A DNA stretch of 64,000 nt from positions 4,650,001-4,714,000 of the forward strand of contig NC_042997.1 in NCBI RefSeq assembly GCF_006345805.1. Direction: 5' to 3'. Within the stretch, counting starts at the first letter, position 1. Each line of letters begins with the position of its first letter. A program made the translations under genes and the position numbers. Of the stretch, positions 39,307 through 54,712 are shown in pieces. The notes beneath the pieces are model-generated. The model made no database searches. It had not been told where the DNA came from and was given only the letters and a program-made list of their open reading frames with translations. This stretch comes from Octopus sinensis (Eukaryota).

Positions 39307-40229
39307 TAATAATCATACTTTATATTTTCTTCATGAAAATTATGGCAACCTGTACATCTTGCTTTTTTTCCCTGGTACTATAATTGTGGAAATGAGAAAC
39401 ATGTGTCCACTAACGAAACATTTCACAAACTATATTCCGTTCCAGCGTGACGACTTACGATTACGTTTCACCCTCTTCAACATAGATTACTAAGTTGATA
39501 AACATAGCACTCAAGATTTAAATCATTTACCTCAGTTCAGTGCATATTTTGTTTATAAGTGTTAGTGGCTCTAAATATTACAACCAGATTACATATTGTT
39601 TGCATTCCCCAGGACACAATTAGGACAGTGTAAGTTTTTTTTATATCCTCGTCAATACATAGAGCTTCTCTGAGATGTTTAAATTAAGAGCCGTGGGAAA
39701 TCAAGTATCTCATCTATTTACCCATTCACTCATTTACCATCCATCAATTCTACAGATCTCTCAGATTTAACGGTTGCCTCTGCATCAGAATGCACAGTAT
39801 TTCGGAACTTGTCTGTTCAGAAATGGTTTTTGTGTTGAAGACTATAAGGCCAGCAATAGTTCATTTGTATTTTAATTAAATAAAATAGGATGAGCACTCT
39901 CTTCGCCGCTAGTTTATCGGTTGCAATGTCTTTTGTAATACATGTTATCTGCTGACTACCTATGCATATCTTATATTGATATATGATACTAAGTACTAAT
40001 GAAACAAAACAATTCACTGTAATTGTCCACTCCGTGAATATCTATCAGCGGTTTTGGACGATGGATCTCCAGAGTATTTTCTGCAGTTGTTCGTTAATAT
40101 TGTTGGTATAGTTTCCGGCCATTCTCAGTTAGCAACAACGACGATACAACGCCCGAAATTAAATTATACACAGGCACATCGAATTGCAAGATCGCTGTTT
40201 TATAAGACACGAAAAGTAAATGCGATAAA

Positions 40230-40393
40230 CATGCACACATATGACAGGCTTTTTTCAGTTTCCGCCTACGAAATCTACTTTCAAGGCTTTAATCTGCCTG
40301 GGGCTATTGTAGAAAGCACTTGACACATTGGGACTGGATTCAGCACCATGTGACTAGGAAGTAAATTTCTTATCACACAGCAACACCAGTACC
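40230..40393 (-). mobile_element. SINE 5' half, diverged (family of 32618-33017)
   Basis: Reverse complement GGTGTTGCTGTGTGATAAG...CAGTCCCA...AAGTGCTTTCTACAATAGCCCCAGG...CGGAAACTGAAAAAAGCCTGTC. Confidence 0.7.
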
Positions 40394-41194
40394 ATTGCTG
40401 AAAATGTGTTATCAAATGTATGTTATCTGCTTTTCACTAGGTAGGATCCTCAAAAATTTGCTTCCTTCTTTTGCATCAGGCACCGTTCTGATCCGATGAT
40501 GACGAACCATATAGGCGTAGACATCGTAATACTCGAGAAAGAGCATAAATGAATTCAGTTATATTCGGCCTTCTTAGCATTATATCTAATAATCTGATAT
40601 TATAGTCAAAATAACCGTTTTTCTTTGTAGATCTAGCTCTAATATATTTTAGCATGTTTAGTTACATAACAAAGTTTTGAGTGGAACTGTATTGGTAGAC
40701 TCTACTTATGTCTATCTGATGTTGGGATGGCCTATGGTATGCCGTTCATCTGCATATTCTTTACGTTAGCCTGTTCAGTGTACATATGTAGCCATTACAG
40801 GAACTTAGAAAGAATTGTAAAAATCCTCTCCATGAGACTTTCTTTCAATATGTTTCTGTCTCCCTTCTTTTTCTTGAACATACCCGTATCTGTTTTATAT
40901 TGCGTGTATTGCGGCATAATTATTTGGTGCTAGGGTATCTATCGTTTTATGCTTGCATTCTTCCAGTTGCTTATTTCGAGATGTCCTCTTACTATACTAC
41001 ACATTATCCTGTTGTCTTTCACTGCTTACCCGGTGGTCAAATTTACTGCTGCTGTTTTTTTTTTTCTGGCGGCGCAGTTCGGCTGTCCATTAGTAGACAG
41101 CCTAGACAGCTTCATAGATTTTTCTTCTTTCTTTTTGAAAATATTTTCATTAGTTATTCTCTATTTTAAATTAGAAGAAGAAAAAATAAGGTGG

Positions 41195-41460
41195 TGAAGA
41201 AGAAGAAGAAAAAGAAGAAGAGGGAGAAGGAGAAGGAGGATAAGAAAGAGAAGAAGATGCTACAGATGCTGCTGGTACTGATGATGATGATGATGACGAC
41301 GACGATGATGATCTTGACGATGAGGAAGATAATGACGACGATGATGATGTTGATGATGATGATGATGATGATGATGACGAATACGCCGACGTTGATGATG
41401 ATGTTCATATTGATTATGGTGGTGTTAATGGTAGCGATGATAAAAGAAAAGAATATAGCG
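41195..41460 (+). repeat. Degenerate (GAA)/(GAT) trinucleotide tract
   Basis: Directly visible. Confidence 0.9.
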
Positions 41461-43159
41461 ACATAATTTTATTACTAATGTTATGTTAAGTATGTAATAT
41501 ATGAATAGTATATTTTTTCGTAATGGTTTCGCTCAATACGGAAATATTTATGAAGCTGAGAGGATGAAATACTTTTATAATACTAAATGTTGTTTTTAGC
41601 TCTCTTGTTATTTTAATGTTCCTCGTTAAATAATTGATATGTTTTGAGCAAATAATAGATATTTAACATATGGGCGGACTAGTATAAAATAATGTCATTT
41701 TTGTTTTCTGCAATAATTCTTCATTGACGCCATTATTTTAATGAATATTGAATAAGTTTCTCAGGAACTAATGGACAAAACATTGAAAATGGTTTAAGAA
41801 AATCCAAGTAGATAATGTTTAAATAATTAAGTGCAACATGCTGTCAGCTTTGAAACAACAACAGCCACAACAACAAAAAGAACAACAACAATAATAATGA
41901 CGTCAACATTAATGATAATTCTAATATTGCATTTTTGATAAGCAAAATTTATTATAACGGTTGTGCTATTTCCGACATGTTTTCAAATTTTCCAAGACAT
42001 GAATTGTTTTGTATCTCCTTAACGCTTCCCAGGTTAACTCTTATTATAGGGATAACTTATCACACATATATATATCCACATTTGGATATTCGCTCTAGCA
42101 CCTTACTTCGGAATTTTGCTAATGATATATCTTCTATTTGATACATCATCAGCCAGTTGTTTGATCAACAAAAGCATGCAGATTAACAGTAATATATAAC
42201 TTGTATTTATGTATATACATTCACACACACACACACTCACACATACACACACATACACACACAAACAATACATACACACATATACAGTTTTGTGTGTATA
42301 AGTATGTGTATGCATGCACGCATGTGTGAATGTTTGGATGAATGTTCATGTACTTGAAATAGAGAACAAAAAGCTCAGCATATTTCACCATCCTATTCCG
42401 AAGTCTCAACCTGTTCATTCCTTGTTACTTGCTTCTATAACTTCATTGAAAGGGTGCACAGCAGCTGCATAACTCGAAGAAACTGAATAATATTTAAAGA
42501 TGAACAATAAATTGATTCAGAGTTTTGGCATATTTAACTTTCAAATGACGTTATAGTTGATGCTGTTTAGCTTCTAAGTTGTCTATGTCAGCTCAAATGT
42601 AATATAAATAAAATCTTGGACAATAATCAGTTGTTGTAGAGGTATACAAGACTTACAATAACTCATGCGTTATCTGCCATTTCTTAAGAGCGCAGTGAGT
42701 TATATTTCGGAGTTTTGAACATGGGAAATTCATTCTAAAATGCTACAGAAAGTGTTAGAGTGCAGTTGAAGTGCAAAGACAGTTTAGCTGTTCCATCTAG
42801 CAAATCAATGTCCATCAATATCACGACGTGAAGAGAGACATTTGATTGTGACCATATTGTATGTAAATTGTATGTGCCCACAAAAAGCATAATTACATAA
42901 AAAAGGGTAATGAGACGTGGGACGACAGCTACAGTAAATGCAAAAGACTTGGATGCAGCTAAGCGAAATTATACTTCGGAATTCTTTGTCAGAGTCACAA
43001 TCAACCACCTTGCAACCATCTCTGGAACCATGCTTGCACATATTATAAGTTCAATCACGAACATACATTTTAAATAATTGTAAAGTAGCTGTTTATTAAA
43101 GTACATTTCATTTTCAAAACTTAATACAAACTACAAACATTTCTTTATTGTTTTGTCAA

Positions 43160-44272
43160 CACCTGTTTTCAAACTGACGTCAGTTCTGGTCCGGGCACTG
43201 CTGACAACGCGAAGCAGTAGAATCGCAAAAATCACAAATTAATTCATTTGATATTTCTGTGCATTCTCGTTCAATGACTGATCTAAAACCAACGACTATA
43301 GCAGGTTTCATAACGTAGAGCCCCATAAAGAAAAGTAGAGTGGTTGTGTGAGGTCTGGTGAACGTAGGGTGTGTCTTCAATGAAACCCCTTCGTCCAATT
43401 CACCAGTTTGTCAAGATCTCCTCAAGAAGGATCTAACATATCAATGGTAATGTGGTGATGCTCGATCATGCTGAAAATAAAACTCCTCATCTTCAAAGTC
43501 TTCTCTAAATCTTGGCATGACACACTGTTACAGCAAGTCCAAGTAAACGGTTCTAGTCACAGTAGTCACAGTAGTGTCAAAACAGAACGATCCAATTAAT
43601 CCTCTTGACGATAATCCACACCACACTGTTACGCCTGGTAAATTAATATAGTTTTCCACCATAATTTGCGGATTCTCAGGCCACCTACCACTAGTAGGTG
43701 AAATTTGGAGGTTAATTGAACCATTTAATTTGAATGTGGCCTCATCACCCCACAAATTCTTTGTTGGCAAGAGTGTATACTCTACACATTATGCCAAGTA
43801 AGACTCGCAACACTGCACTCGTCAGTCTGGTTCCTCGTCATTGATAGCATGGACTAATCTTGGAACGTAGCTTTTCTATTGGCACCGCTTTAAAATGCGT
43901 TGGTCAGGCGATTTTGAAATACCCACCTCACGGCTCGCTTGCCGCAGGCATTTTCTTGGACTTTGGTGATACGTTTCTTGCAATCCTTGTTGGTGTTATA
44001 GATGTCTGTGTTCTTCCGGAAGGCTTTTCGTGGACAGTCTGAAGATTTCTCTCGGCTTCAAACTTATCTCCAATTAAAGTGATAGTATATCGTGTTAGTA
44101 GATATGTTTGAAACTCCTTCCTAAACTGTCTTTGCGCTTCAACTGCGTTTTCATACTTCCTGTAGCATTTTAGAAACAAATTTTCTTTCTTCCTGTGTGT
44201 TTAATCTGGAACGAAAAAGACAATTGCGTTATCAGCTGCTAAAGTGTGTATATATGTTTTTGTGACACCTTG
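43160..44272 (-). mobile_element. Tc1/mariner element, rosa/DD41D-like, near-complete decayed transposase; one terminus visible
   Basis: KCYRKYENAVEAQRQFRKEF (HTH), [44 protein letters not shown]...PRSPDLT, SRCQQC. The 5' end reads TA|CAAGGTGTCACAAAAA (TA at 44273-44274). Confidence 0.88.
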
Positions 44273-46473
44273 TATGGATGTATGCAGAAATACTTAAGCC
44301 TTGATTCGTAGACAAAGTCTGACATTTGCGTGTGCGTATGTTTGTGTGTGTGTGCGCGCGGTGTGCGTGTGTGCGAGTCAATGCGTGTGCATGCATGTGT
44401 GTGCGTGTGTGCGTGTGTGAGCGTGTGTTACTGGAAACAAACGAACCAGACACACAATCTCAAACACCTGCACACACTTTCATGCACGTACACATAAAGG
44501 AACTGTAAATCAGACTTAGTGTAAGTCTGTATAAATGAAATTAAGGTAAATGACATTCGCAATTCCCAAAATGAAATTGTTATTTATGAATATGTAAGAC
44601 AGATATGAATCAATTTCAAGAGCTGTGATAGTATAGAGAACCATGTATAACATTGAAGGCGAATGGCGAATCGTATAGTACTGATGCTCATATAGATTGT
44701 AAATATTGGGTTGAAAATTCCTTGATTCTGATATAAATATTTTCACAAAAAATTATTAATCTACCACTTACATTTATTTCTTGATATATTTCTTATAATA
44801 TCAGTGTGCCTACAGTATCGTCCGTTATTGGTTATAGATCAATTGTATCCATAATCTTTGAATATATTTTAGATTACGTTGAGCTTTTTAATTTCGCATC
44901 AAAACTTTTCCAACATCTTAGATGCTATGATTCTTTAAGGGATATACAGCCTACTGTGATTTAGTAATACATTCCCAATTATTTGTTATACATATGTGTC
45001 ATAGGCTATTTTACTAGTAGAAATTTGTTTGAATTAAACAATAAAATATAGTATACAGCTATCGTGTATTCGGGTTATTGTCCTCTTAAGCTCACTATAA
45101 CGCATTAAATATAATGTTACGAGACAAAAATATAAATCTGAGACAAGCCGACTTCCAAACCAAATATTTACCCTCTTGAACCAAATGACACGCAGTTGCT
45201 CTATTTTTCAACGAAGAGACACAGAATGACTCAGACAACAAAACTTCGTTAAAGTTCATATTTGTGCTGCAAAGTTCATTAGCAATATACCCATTCATTA
45301 ATTAGTAATTTAGTAATTAACACACAAAAGACGAAGTGCGACTAAATGGTCTTATTCCTGGCGACAACCATTGTCAAGGAATATGTTCTGTTTCGCTCTA
45401 GGTTTCATGACGTTATCTTATTTTAACCGAGAATATTTCTGTTTCGTACAGCCAATTTTTGCTTTGTTCAAGTTCAGTTTTCTGCTTGGTTGACTTCCAT
45501 GTAGGGGCTAGGTAATTACTTTTTTGCCTCATGGTCATCTACCTTTCCGGTTTGTTGGTCCCCTTAAGAACTCACTGTTTATTAATTTTTCTGAAGGTCT
45601 CGTTCAGATCGGAAAAAAAAATTAATTCGCTTTGTCGGAGAAATAAGCAACTGGTGTTTGAAAAGGTCTTTGGTGTTATAACATGGTAATATTGAGTTGG
45701 AATTTAGAATCTTTTGGATGCCTGTTACATGAATTTTTCGAATTCTATCTATTGTCTGTGGTCGTTTTCGTGGAAATACGAAAATGTGTATCATTGATAA
45801 GCAAGAAATTGTCGAAAACGTTTAGGTCTATGAATAAATCTATTCAAAAATGAGTACACATGTTTCAGACAAGGTGAAATTTTAAACCCCAAAACAAATT
45901 CTACTATATATATTCAGTTAAATATCCTTCTTTGGAGACAAAGAAGCAAGTTACCTTAATGAATATTCGAACATTCTACAAAGCCTTATTTCACCTTGTG
46001 CAAATATAATAAATAAGATCTCCTCCGGAAAGCGATCCGCGAACACAACGCTGAGATCCTATTATATCTAGCTTTAAACAAATCACACACGCACACACAC
46101 TCACACAATGACTCACATAAACACTCAGAGGTTTGCCTTACAACGTCAATATATTTTAATGATAATACCACAGAAGTAAACCAAGATTGATACAAGAAAT
46201 AATGTAACACAAAATGATTCTGAACATCTGTTCAATGAATAAAACGGTAAAATAAGACAAACATTCATAAATATTTAATAAAGTAAAATGATTAGAAAAT
46301 GCTGCCAAGTTAAATTATATTAAAAGAGACAATAATTCAAATGTAATGTTGTGATAATTTAAAATGTTTACTGCTATTTCTCCAACAATATCATTTCTCT
46401 TTTCCGAGGAAATTCAGCGATAATTCATCTACTTGCCTATCTATCTGACTTTCCCTCTATTTATTTGTGTATG

Positions 46474-46514
<41 letters not shown>

Positions 46515-47873
46515 GCACACACACACACATACACACACACATATATATATATACATATACATATGTATATACTTGTATAGAAATAATTAAGACTCAATTG
46601 AAATAGGTACTTAAGTTGAAGCCCCAAGTCAATCCGGTAATATCTGCAAAGCTCTAAATAAGTTGAATAAAATTAAAATAAGCAACATGATATCAAGTAG
46701 TAATGCACTATTGCTGTTTCAAGTGACTCTATTTAATTTAAGAATGCAATCACTACATCCATTTGAATGCTGTGTATTCAGCTGCATAAAATACAGAAAT
46801 GTTTAACAAGTAAGACACGGAAGAAATTCATGTTGTCAGTATTGTAGAAATTGGGCTAATAATAGACTACAATATGTTACAGCTGCATGGAGCATAGTGG
46901 GATCTTTGAACCGTAAGGGATGTAATTATTTTCTAATTTTTTTTATCCCTTCATCATATATTAAATCTGAGACTAGAGGTTTGTGTTTATTTTAAATAAA
47001 GAAGAGTGTGTTGATAGCTGAAAGCTAGGTATGGTCATAAATATTATAATAGGTATCCCTTTTCTCCAAGAGATTGGAAATAAGACATTAGGAAAATTCT
47101 ATTTCATAGAAGTAACTGTTTATAAAAAAAGTAGTAGGGTAGGGGTATATTTTAACTCATGAAGCAATTTACCAGTTAAAGGGACAAGACATTAGAAACT
47201 TAAGATTCTAATACAGGGGAACTATAGGGGAACGTTTATAAACAATATTGTTATGCAGAATAAAAATAACATTTTAAAATTGCAAAATAACTACAAGGTG
47301 TGTATATATGAATCATAAACATAAAAAGGGGAGATTATGTAGAATCAGCTTAATAGCCATTCTTGTGCTTCAGTAATTAGTTATTAGATGGTTTCTATAA
47401 AGACCGCTCAAGGCGCTTATGGAAAATCTGGAAAGAGGTACATAGTATCTATTAATTTTAAGCCATGAATCAGAAACTGGATATTGAGATAATGGTAATA
47501 CATGGATATATTTAAACAAAAAGTATAAAATCTAATGTATAAAAATATAAATAATCGAAAAATATGTGCTAATATAAGTACGTGTAAAGTGAAAAAAATA
47601 CATATAAATACATATGCAAACGAGGTTTTTTCTTACACACAAACATGCACATATATATGTCCATATATGCGTAAATATATACACACAAATATTTATACGC
47701 TTATATGAGTAATGTAAAAGTATCTTGCGTAGAACTAAATAACTGAAAAATATCAATATAAGAACAAGAAAAATAACAATTTATAAAGGACAAGGGTTTA
47801 ATAAGTAAGGGCATCAAATTAAGAAAACAAAATAATAAGAATTTGTAGGAAATAATAAGAAATATATATATAT

Positions 47874-47905
<32 letters not shown>

Positions 47906-50749
47906 ACCTATACACAAAGAGACAGGGGTTAAAATTAGACACACTAAAAAGATAAAGGTAACTTGGAAAGAGGGGTAATTGGTACACAATTAGTGAGGTA
48001 AGTATTCAAACGGAGAAGGTTTTCTTACTTCTAACATTACAGGTGTTATTGTACGTATAGTTTTGTAGTTTCCAGGGAGCATATACTAAACTCAAAGGGG
48101 GACATTCATAAATTCACTACGAATATACATAATATAATGAGTAGAGTAGAACATCATAGAAAGGAAAATAGTGTAATCACGAAAATAAGATGAAGTCAGA
48201 CTAAATAGGCAGGGCTTATCATGGGATAATATTATATATAGCGCACTATATAACACAACAAATAGCACATAACATACGTAATGTAATATAATCCACAATA
48301 TAACATAATATCTCATAATCTTAATATTTTATAATGGATAGTAAGACTATAACGGATACGACAGCAAAATTAATTCCCACCATCAAAGTTCAAGTATGAT
48401 AACTATATTGTCACTTACGAGAATCCTTAAATGTTCAGTAGATGCAATGTATGAATGATACTCTTGGGTCTAATTTATAATTAATCTGGTTGTTCTTGAC
48501 TCTACACTACAGAAGTGAGGGGAATAAAATGCCGATACAAAAATAGCTTTACGTATAATAAATTGAAAAATATATATGAAAAGATACGCCCACTATATAA
48601 TCTTAAACAATTATGAGGAAGATTATTCAATGTAGTTTTAAAAGAGCAATATAACAGTATTAGATGAGGGTATACATAAAACCAAGAATAAATGTAAAGA
48701 ACTTTACCTGGAAAATGTTTAGACAGGTCACATGTTAAATAAAACAAATCTCTAAATTTTTAACACTAGAAAAATACAATTATAACTAAAGATAAGATTA
48801 TCTATTTATTATCTCCCTTTGAATTCAAACTCTTAAATGATATTAGTCTTAAAGAATTGTTTTAGATTAGTGTTTTTTATTCCCTTAAAACTTAGCACAG
48901 GACAGAAGGTGCAGCCATTTTCACAGGTTAAAGGAGGAATAAACATGCAGATAAGTATTCTTCCTTTATTAATTGTAGGAAATAGCTTCGTTTACTAGTT
49001 TTATTCAATAAATTTATAACATATACAGAGGTTTTTTTACATTTAAAATATTAACTTACGGTTGGCATAATCATAGTAATATATACTTGTTTTGTTACGG
49101 GTAAATTTCATGATAACTTATCAATTCCCGTAACATTTCTATAGATAGCGGTTTAATTCGACGTGGTTATAAAATAGTCGATGAGGGTTTATTTATGCTT
49201 AGCGCTTTATATATATATATATATATATATATCTCGTTACTATAATTTTAGGTGTTTCATTTTATTAAATTGTTACGAGTTTTAAAGATTTTAGTTTTTT
49301 TAATTTTTAAAATCTTTTAAGTTTTGTAAAAATATATTAGGAATTTATATATACAGATACTATTTATTTTTATTCTTATTTTAAATGAAGATATCTTAGA
49401 ATGTGTATGATCAAGTAGAATCCGTTAATAATAATAATATAAAGAAAATAACTTGAGGACTCACTGGTGGATTTATGTTTTAGGTATAGCCTGGTAAAAC
49501 AAACCACTAGCACAGAAACACGTGTAGCGTTGATTAATATTACCTTCTTTCTCCACAGACTAATAACCGGTAAGGTATATATACATTTAAAAAATGTGTT
49601 TATATGTTTTAATTAATTCTAATGTGCTTTATTTTATTGTACGATATACTAGGTTTTAACATGATTATGGTATTAGATTAGTATTTTGGATATTACTTTC
49701 GATGTGTACTCCAGAAAATAAGGTTATCATGAAATTGAAGTTAGTTTCGGGATAATCAGAATGATATATTCCAACCATTGTCTTTGTTTAGTAAAACAAA
49801 ATTTCTGATCCATGAGAGTTCAAGAATGTGTAATAAAAAGGCAACATTGTCTTATTTAGTTTCACTCTTACTGTTAGTCTATCGTGACACTTGGTTCTGA
49901 ATATCAATGGTGATGGTCACTGGAGTCGTTTTCTTCACAGTTACAGGCAATTGGTGGCATTCTCTTCTTTCCCTACTATTAGTGTTTGGATTGGATTTAG
50001 CGGTATAATTTATTTGATATCATTTCTTTAGACATTGAAATCGCACAATCATATAAGAATTAATGTATTACTGATGTTTGAAGTATGATCCTTTTCATAA
50101 GAATTTTGCTTCCTGATTGCATACAGTATTGTCTATTTCTAATTTTCAGATTTTCTACGACATAAACAGTTGTAAATAGATTATCCCTGCTGAAGTACTA
50201 TCTCTTTCCATGTAGAATTTCACAAGCCAGTAGCAGACATCTGCAAGTTAGCTGTTGCTGGCGATATATTGCATTTAGGATCTTCATTTATATACACAAA
50301 ACTTGGCTTTATTCTGTACGATTAACTAAAATCGATGAACAATAGGTCTTTCTTCAATAACGAAACTAACATTTTGTATGAAACATTGTTGAACATTTTC
50401 TATACCTCAATTTCTGATCGCATAATATTTTTCACTCAGCCTTCATGGCATTTGCTACGTAATAAAATGTATTTACAAGTGCAATGATGCTGAAAAATTG
50501 CATGGTCTATCAGTAGGATTATGCTTATTAACGGTAGATGCTCTAGTGTGTAGAAGGATTGAATTAAAGCAGAACATTATAATTAGTAGGAGAGAATAAT
50601 GGAATACAGAATGTCTAATAGTGATATAAAGCTATACGCCACCACTTACAAAGTTGATCACTTATAGGATTATTTGACAACGAGAACTCTACAATTATCA
50701 ACTGGAATCGCAACCCTTGCAACGCATGTCCGTCCCTAAAGTTTATAGA

Positions 50750-51230
50750 GGAGTCTCAAGACTATTTTTAGTGAAGTTATCAGGGGAAATATTTATTAGT
50801 CTAAAAGAAGCACAAAACATCAGTCTCATTTAAAGGAGGATCATCTAATTACAGTGCACATGTAGCAATCCAGCTGTTTCATGAAAACTCCATGACATTC
50901 ACCTAAAGTAAAAATGTCCATGACGCTTATCACAGGCTCTTCCATCTTCAAAAGCCCGCTCCTGCAATGAAGTACAGTTTTGATGACTATCTCCCTCAAG
51001 TAGTTTGTTACCATGGTTGAATTATGGTCTGGTGCATTGTCCTGGCGCTGGAGCTCTGGCATTTTAAGAGGAAATCTTTTTTTAATTCCCTGAAAACCTT
51101 CAGTAAGTACTTTTTTTCTTGACTTTGTAGCCAGAGAGATCTCACTTGATGTAGATTATGGCATCTCTCTTGTAAATGGGGAGTATCATGTACTTTCTTG
51201 TGCCAACGTAAAAGAAATGCTCGGCTCACA
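50750..51230 (-). mobile_element. mariner (DD34D-like) transposase 3' relic
   Basis: RQDNAPDHNSTMVTNYL and EEPVISVMDIFTLGECHGVFMKQLDCY resemble the mariner C-terminus; TA|GAGGAGTCTCAAG terminal-like sequence near 50746. Confidence 0.62.
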
Positions 51231-51559
51231 CAAGTTAATAGATAAGCAATGTATATATCTCATAAGTTTCGGAAACATTTTGTCCAGTATAATACAAAAC
51301 TTTATTGCATAGTATTGTGCGATCCCACTGTATATGCAAAATGTCATTACATCCAGACTGCATTCTGCAAGTCAGTCACATGTGACGAGACAAACAGTGT
51401 TTCGTATATTGTGTTGAAAGATAAGTTACAGCCGTTTCCCTAAATCTGAAATAATAAATGATAGCAGGTCAGTTACTTAGTCTAGATATACTAAAATTAT
51501 AGTAATAGGATACTCATAAATTCTCTCCTCGTATATATATATATAATATATATATATAT

Positions 51560-51591
<32 letters not shown>

Positions 51592-53989
51592 ATATATATA
51601 TATGTCGTGTCTGTGTATGTGCGTCTATGTATATGTGCATGTGGGTGTTCATGTGTGTGTATGTGTCAATGCATGCGTATGTATAAGCGTGTATATATGT
51701 GATTTATGAGTGTTTTCTGTGAATTAACAACATACACATTAATAACAAAAAGTGAAGCAGACGTCACATAAATACTTCCATTCGCTTACGGCTCATTCTA
51801 CTGTAAGAGGCAGTGCCCTAATAGCCGAAACTGTACTCTAAAACATAATCATATTGAATTTTAATATTTTTTTTTATAGCATTACTGTGTGACAACATAA
51901 TGATGGAATGCGTTCTGTGAGGGAAAAATGTAGAAAAACTTTCCCTTGCCTATAATTAATTTCATCTGAATTTGTTCATGAAATGTCTCTCTTTCTAATA
52001 TATCCAATCAATAATTTACAGTTTAAATCGTGCACATGATTTCTAAAACTTGTGAATTAGTGCTATGCAGTAATGCTATCAACAAGATAATGCAAGAAAT
52101 TTGCAGCAAGTTTATTACAGTTTATTTTAAGGACATTATTCATGTTTTTTTTTTGTTTTCCTTAATTTCAAGTCAAAGGGATAGTTACCTGCCTACATGT
52201 ACATGTAGTTACCTGCCTACAAATAGAAAAATATTTCTGAAATTGTTGGTAGATGATGTTCAAATTGTTGGCTAACTCAGGAGATTGTCAAAAGTACTAT
52301 GCCTCTGGGAAGGATCATTAATATGTATGTAAACACTGAGAGTGTTCTCTCTTCCTTACGATTCCTGGACAACTGATGTTCTATGAATGAGGAAAGAAAA
52401 TTTTCCATGAATTTCCTCTTCATAAAATATCTAGTCTATAGATTACATGATATATCCAACCGATAGCGAGTTTGCCGTGTCATTAAAACCACATGTGGAT
52501 TCTAGGCTCTCCTTGTAATCCTTAATTTCAAATTGAAATTTCCTGTCCCGACAGAAGCTGACCACAAAAGCTTCTTTTCTGTAAACTCTTCCAACTACCT
52601 CGTGTTGCGCGCCAGCTGCAAAGCGAGAACACAGACACCTTGCAAATATTAATACTGTTTTCATTTGAAAAAAAAACTACTGCGTTTTCACAATATTTCC
52701 TCGTGGACTAATGAATATCGACAAGTGATTTACCATTCTTCTAGAGCTAACACAAAACTAATATGAAATAATATTACGAAACCATCTGTAGAGTAAAACA
52801 ACACGGACGTTTGGAACTAGTGAATGTTTTATCCTAGAGCAATGAACCAAATCATCATCGTCAATATCATCATCACCATTAATATTAATGTTGTTGTTAT
52901 TAATATTATTATTATTACTTGTAGTAGTAGTAGTAGCAGCAGCAGAAGTAGTAGCAGGCTGTTGGTAGCAGCAACTGCAGCAATAACGGCAATACCAATG
53001 TAGCTGTTATTAATATTCTTTTTTCCTTTTCAATATAAAAAATAAACATCCTTTATCTGAACATAATTAAGTCAACAACTGACAACTTTCCTACGAAAAC
53101 ATGGAGTGAGAAATAAATATTTAAATCAATTATGCTATTTGACATTAGATTAAGCAGAATTATAATGACTCGAAGGAAGAAAACTCTTGTACAACATACA
53201 TAATTAAGCAAACATAGGTGATTATACTAGTGCAAACGTATCGTGTTTCACTTGTGAGGTAAAGGAGGTTTTAAACGTACTAACGTAATTAATTTATTGC
53301 AGTAACTCAGAATAATTTAATAAATAACGTTTCATAATAAAATATGTACATTTATAAGGAAATCATTAGGTGTCATAGTGAATTTCAAGCCTACTTCTCA
53401 AAAAAAATATTATTATATATTTGAAAGCTTTTATCATATGCCACAAATGAATATTTATATACAATTATCAGAATTCATGAATATACTAATTTGTATTAGT
53501 CTGCAGACACATAAATATAGGCACGAATAAAATAACATGCATGTGATACTTCAACGACTGACCTAGTACTGTGGCAACCACATATGACACAATCCTTGAA
53601 AATGCATTTGTAAATATTACTTTAAAAAGAATATGACACACCATTATATCTTGAACGCCATTATATTGACAATATAATACTACAAGGAACAACAAATTCA
53701 AATATTTAATATTCACGTTACTAGAGGGAAAATCCTAGCAAATTTTAGGCATGCATATCTAAGTGTAGGATGCGGTCATGTAGTAACAAACATTTCTTAA
53801 CATCTTTTTTCTATGGACATCAACTATTTTCATAGATAGTCACTTTAGGTGGTTGCAATGAATCTGATAGAACAATGCTTTTCTCTCGTGTTGCTCTCTG
53901 TTTTGCATGTCCGAATGCTGTACTAGATATGAATGCGCCAAAGCAGCGTGAAAGAATATTGGTACCAAATTTTGGCACAAAGTTCGAGA

Positions 53990-54085
53990 TTTGGGCTAAA
54001 GGACTAAGTCGATTACATTAACTCCAGTCTTCAACTGGCACCTAATTAATCGGCCCAAAAAGTGGTAAAAGACACACTAAACCAC
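53990..54085 (-). mobile_element. Degenerate SINE core fragment (family of 54713-55136)
   Basis: GGACTAAGTCGATTACATTAACTCCAGT...ACTGGCACCTAATTAATCG is the reverse complement of the core seen at 54830-54880. Confidence 0.5.
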
Positions 54086-54712
54086 TGCAGAATTTCAATT
54101 CAGAACGTAAATACTGACGAAAAGTAAATTAACATATTGCCTGACGTGCCAACGTTTCCACCGGCTCCCCGCATTTATCGTAAAAGGAATAATGTCGACA
54201 TAAATTTTAAATTATCAATGAAGAATTAGAAGCAAACCTCAATCACTAAAGTTTTACGTATGCAAAGAATCTGGACGAAAAATATATTCAACGAGGGATC
54301 TGAAGCATGATAAAAATGCCTGCAGGTATATTTATATTAAAATGAATAGCTCAAAACGTTTGATTTTACTTAATTCCAGGAGCTTACTTAATTTTGACTT
54401 CTATTATATATACACTTAGTTATAGCATATTTTTTGTTTCGCATTTTCGCAACGTGTAAATAGAAATTAGCTAGTGGCGAAATATTTTGCACGGAGCACG
54501 ATGTTCACTGATATGTCGTTTCAAATACATACAAATAAATGCAGTCATATAAACATATTCTAAAGCACTCACGTGTACACTTAAGATAATACGCAGACAG
54601 ATATAGACATTACACAGATATATATATGTATCGGTGTGTATGTATGTATGAATGTACGTATGCATGTATTTATTATTGTCATTCAGTTTCATTGCAGGAT
54701 CTCTAGCCAATT

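Noticed and set aside
47050-49200. AT-rich purine-skewed stretches that feel like old Penelope debris (also 19030-19600)
   Set aside because: I could not recover any diagnostic protein motif, so they are not listed as features.
49480-49575. Decayed HHR-like string (CTGGTAA...GAAACACGTGTA) and an 11-nt micro-exon-like site (CAG|ACTAATAACCG|GTAAGG)
   Set aside because: The core is mutated and stems I and II fail; the splice-like signals have no supporting neighbouring exons.
51795-51840. CTGTAAGA-GGC...GCC-GAAAC hammerhead-like string
   Set aside because: Altered core and no stem I pairing.
52443-52664. 73-aa non-repetitive ORF in a locally GC-richer patch
   Set aside because: No recognisable domain; length within chance expectation.
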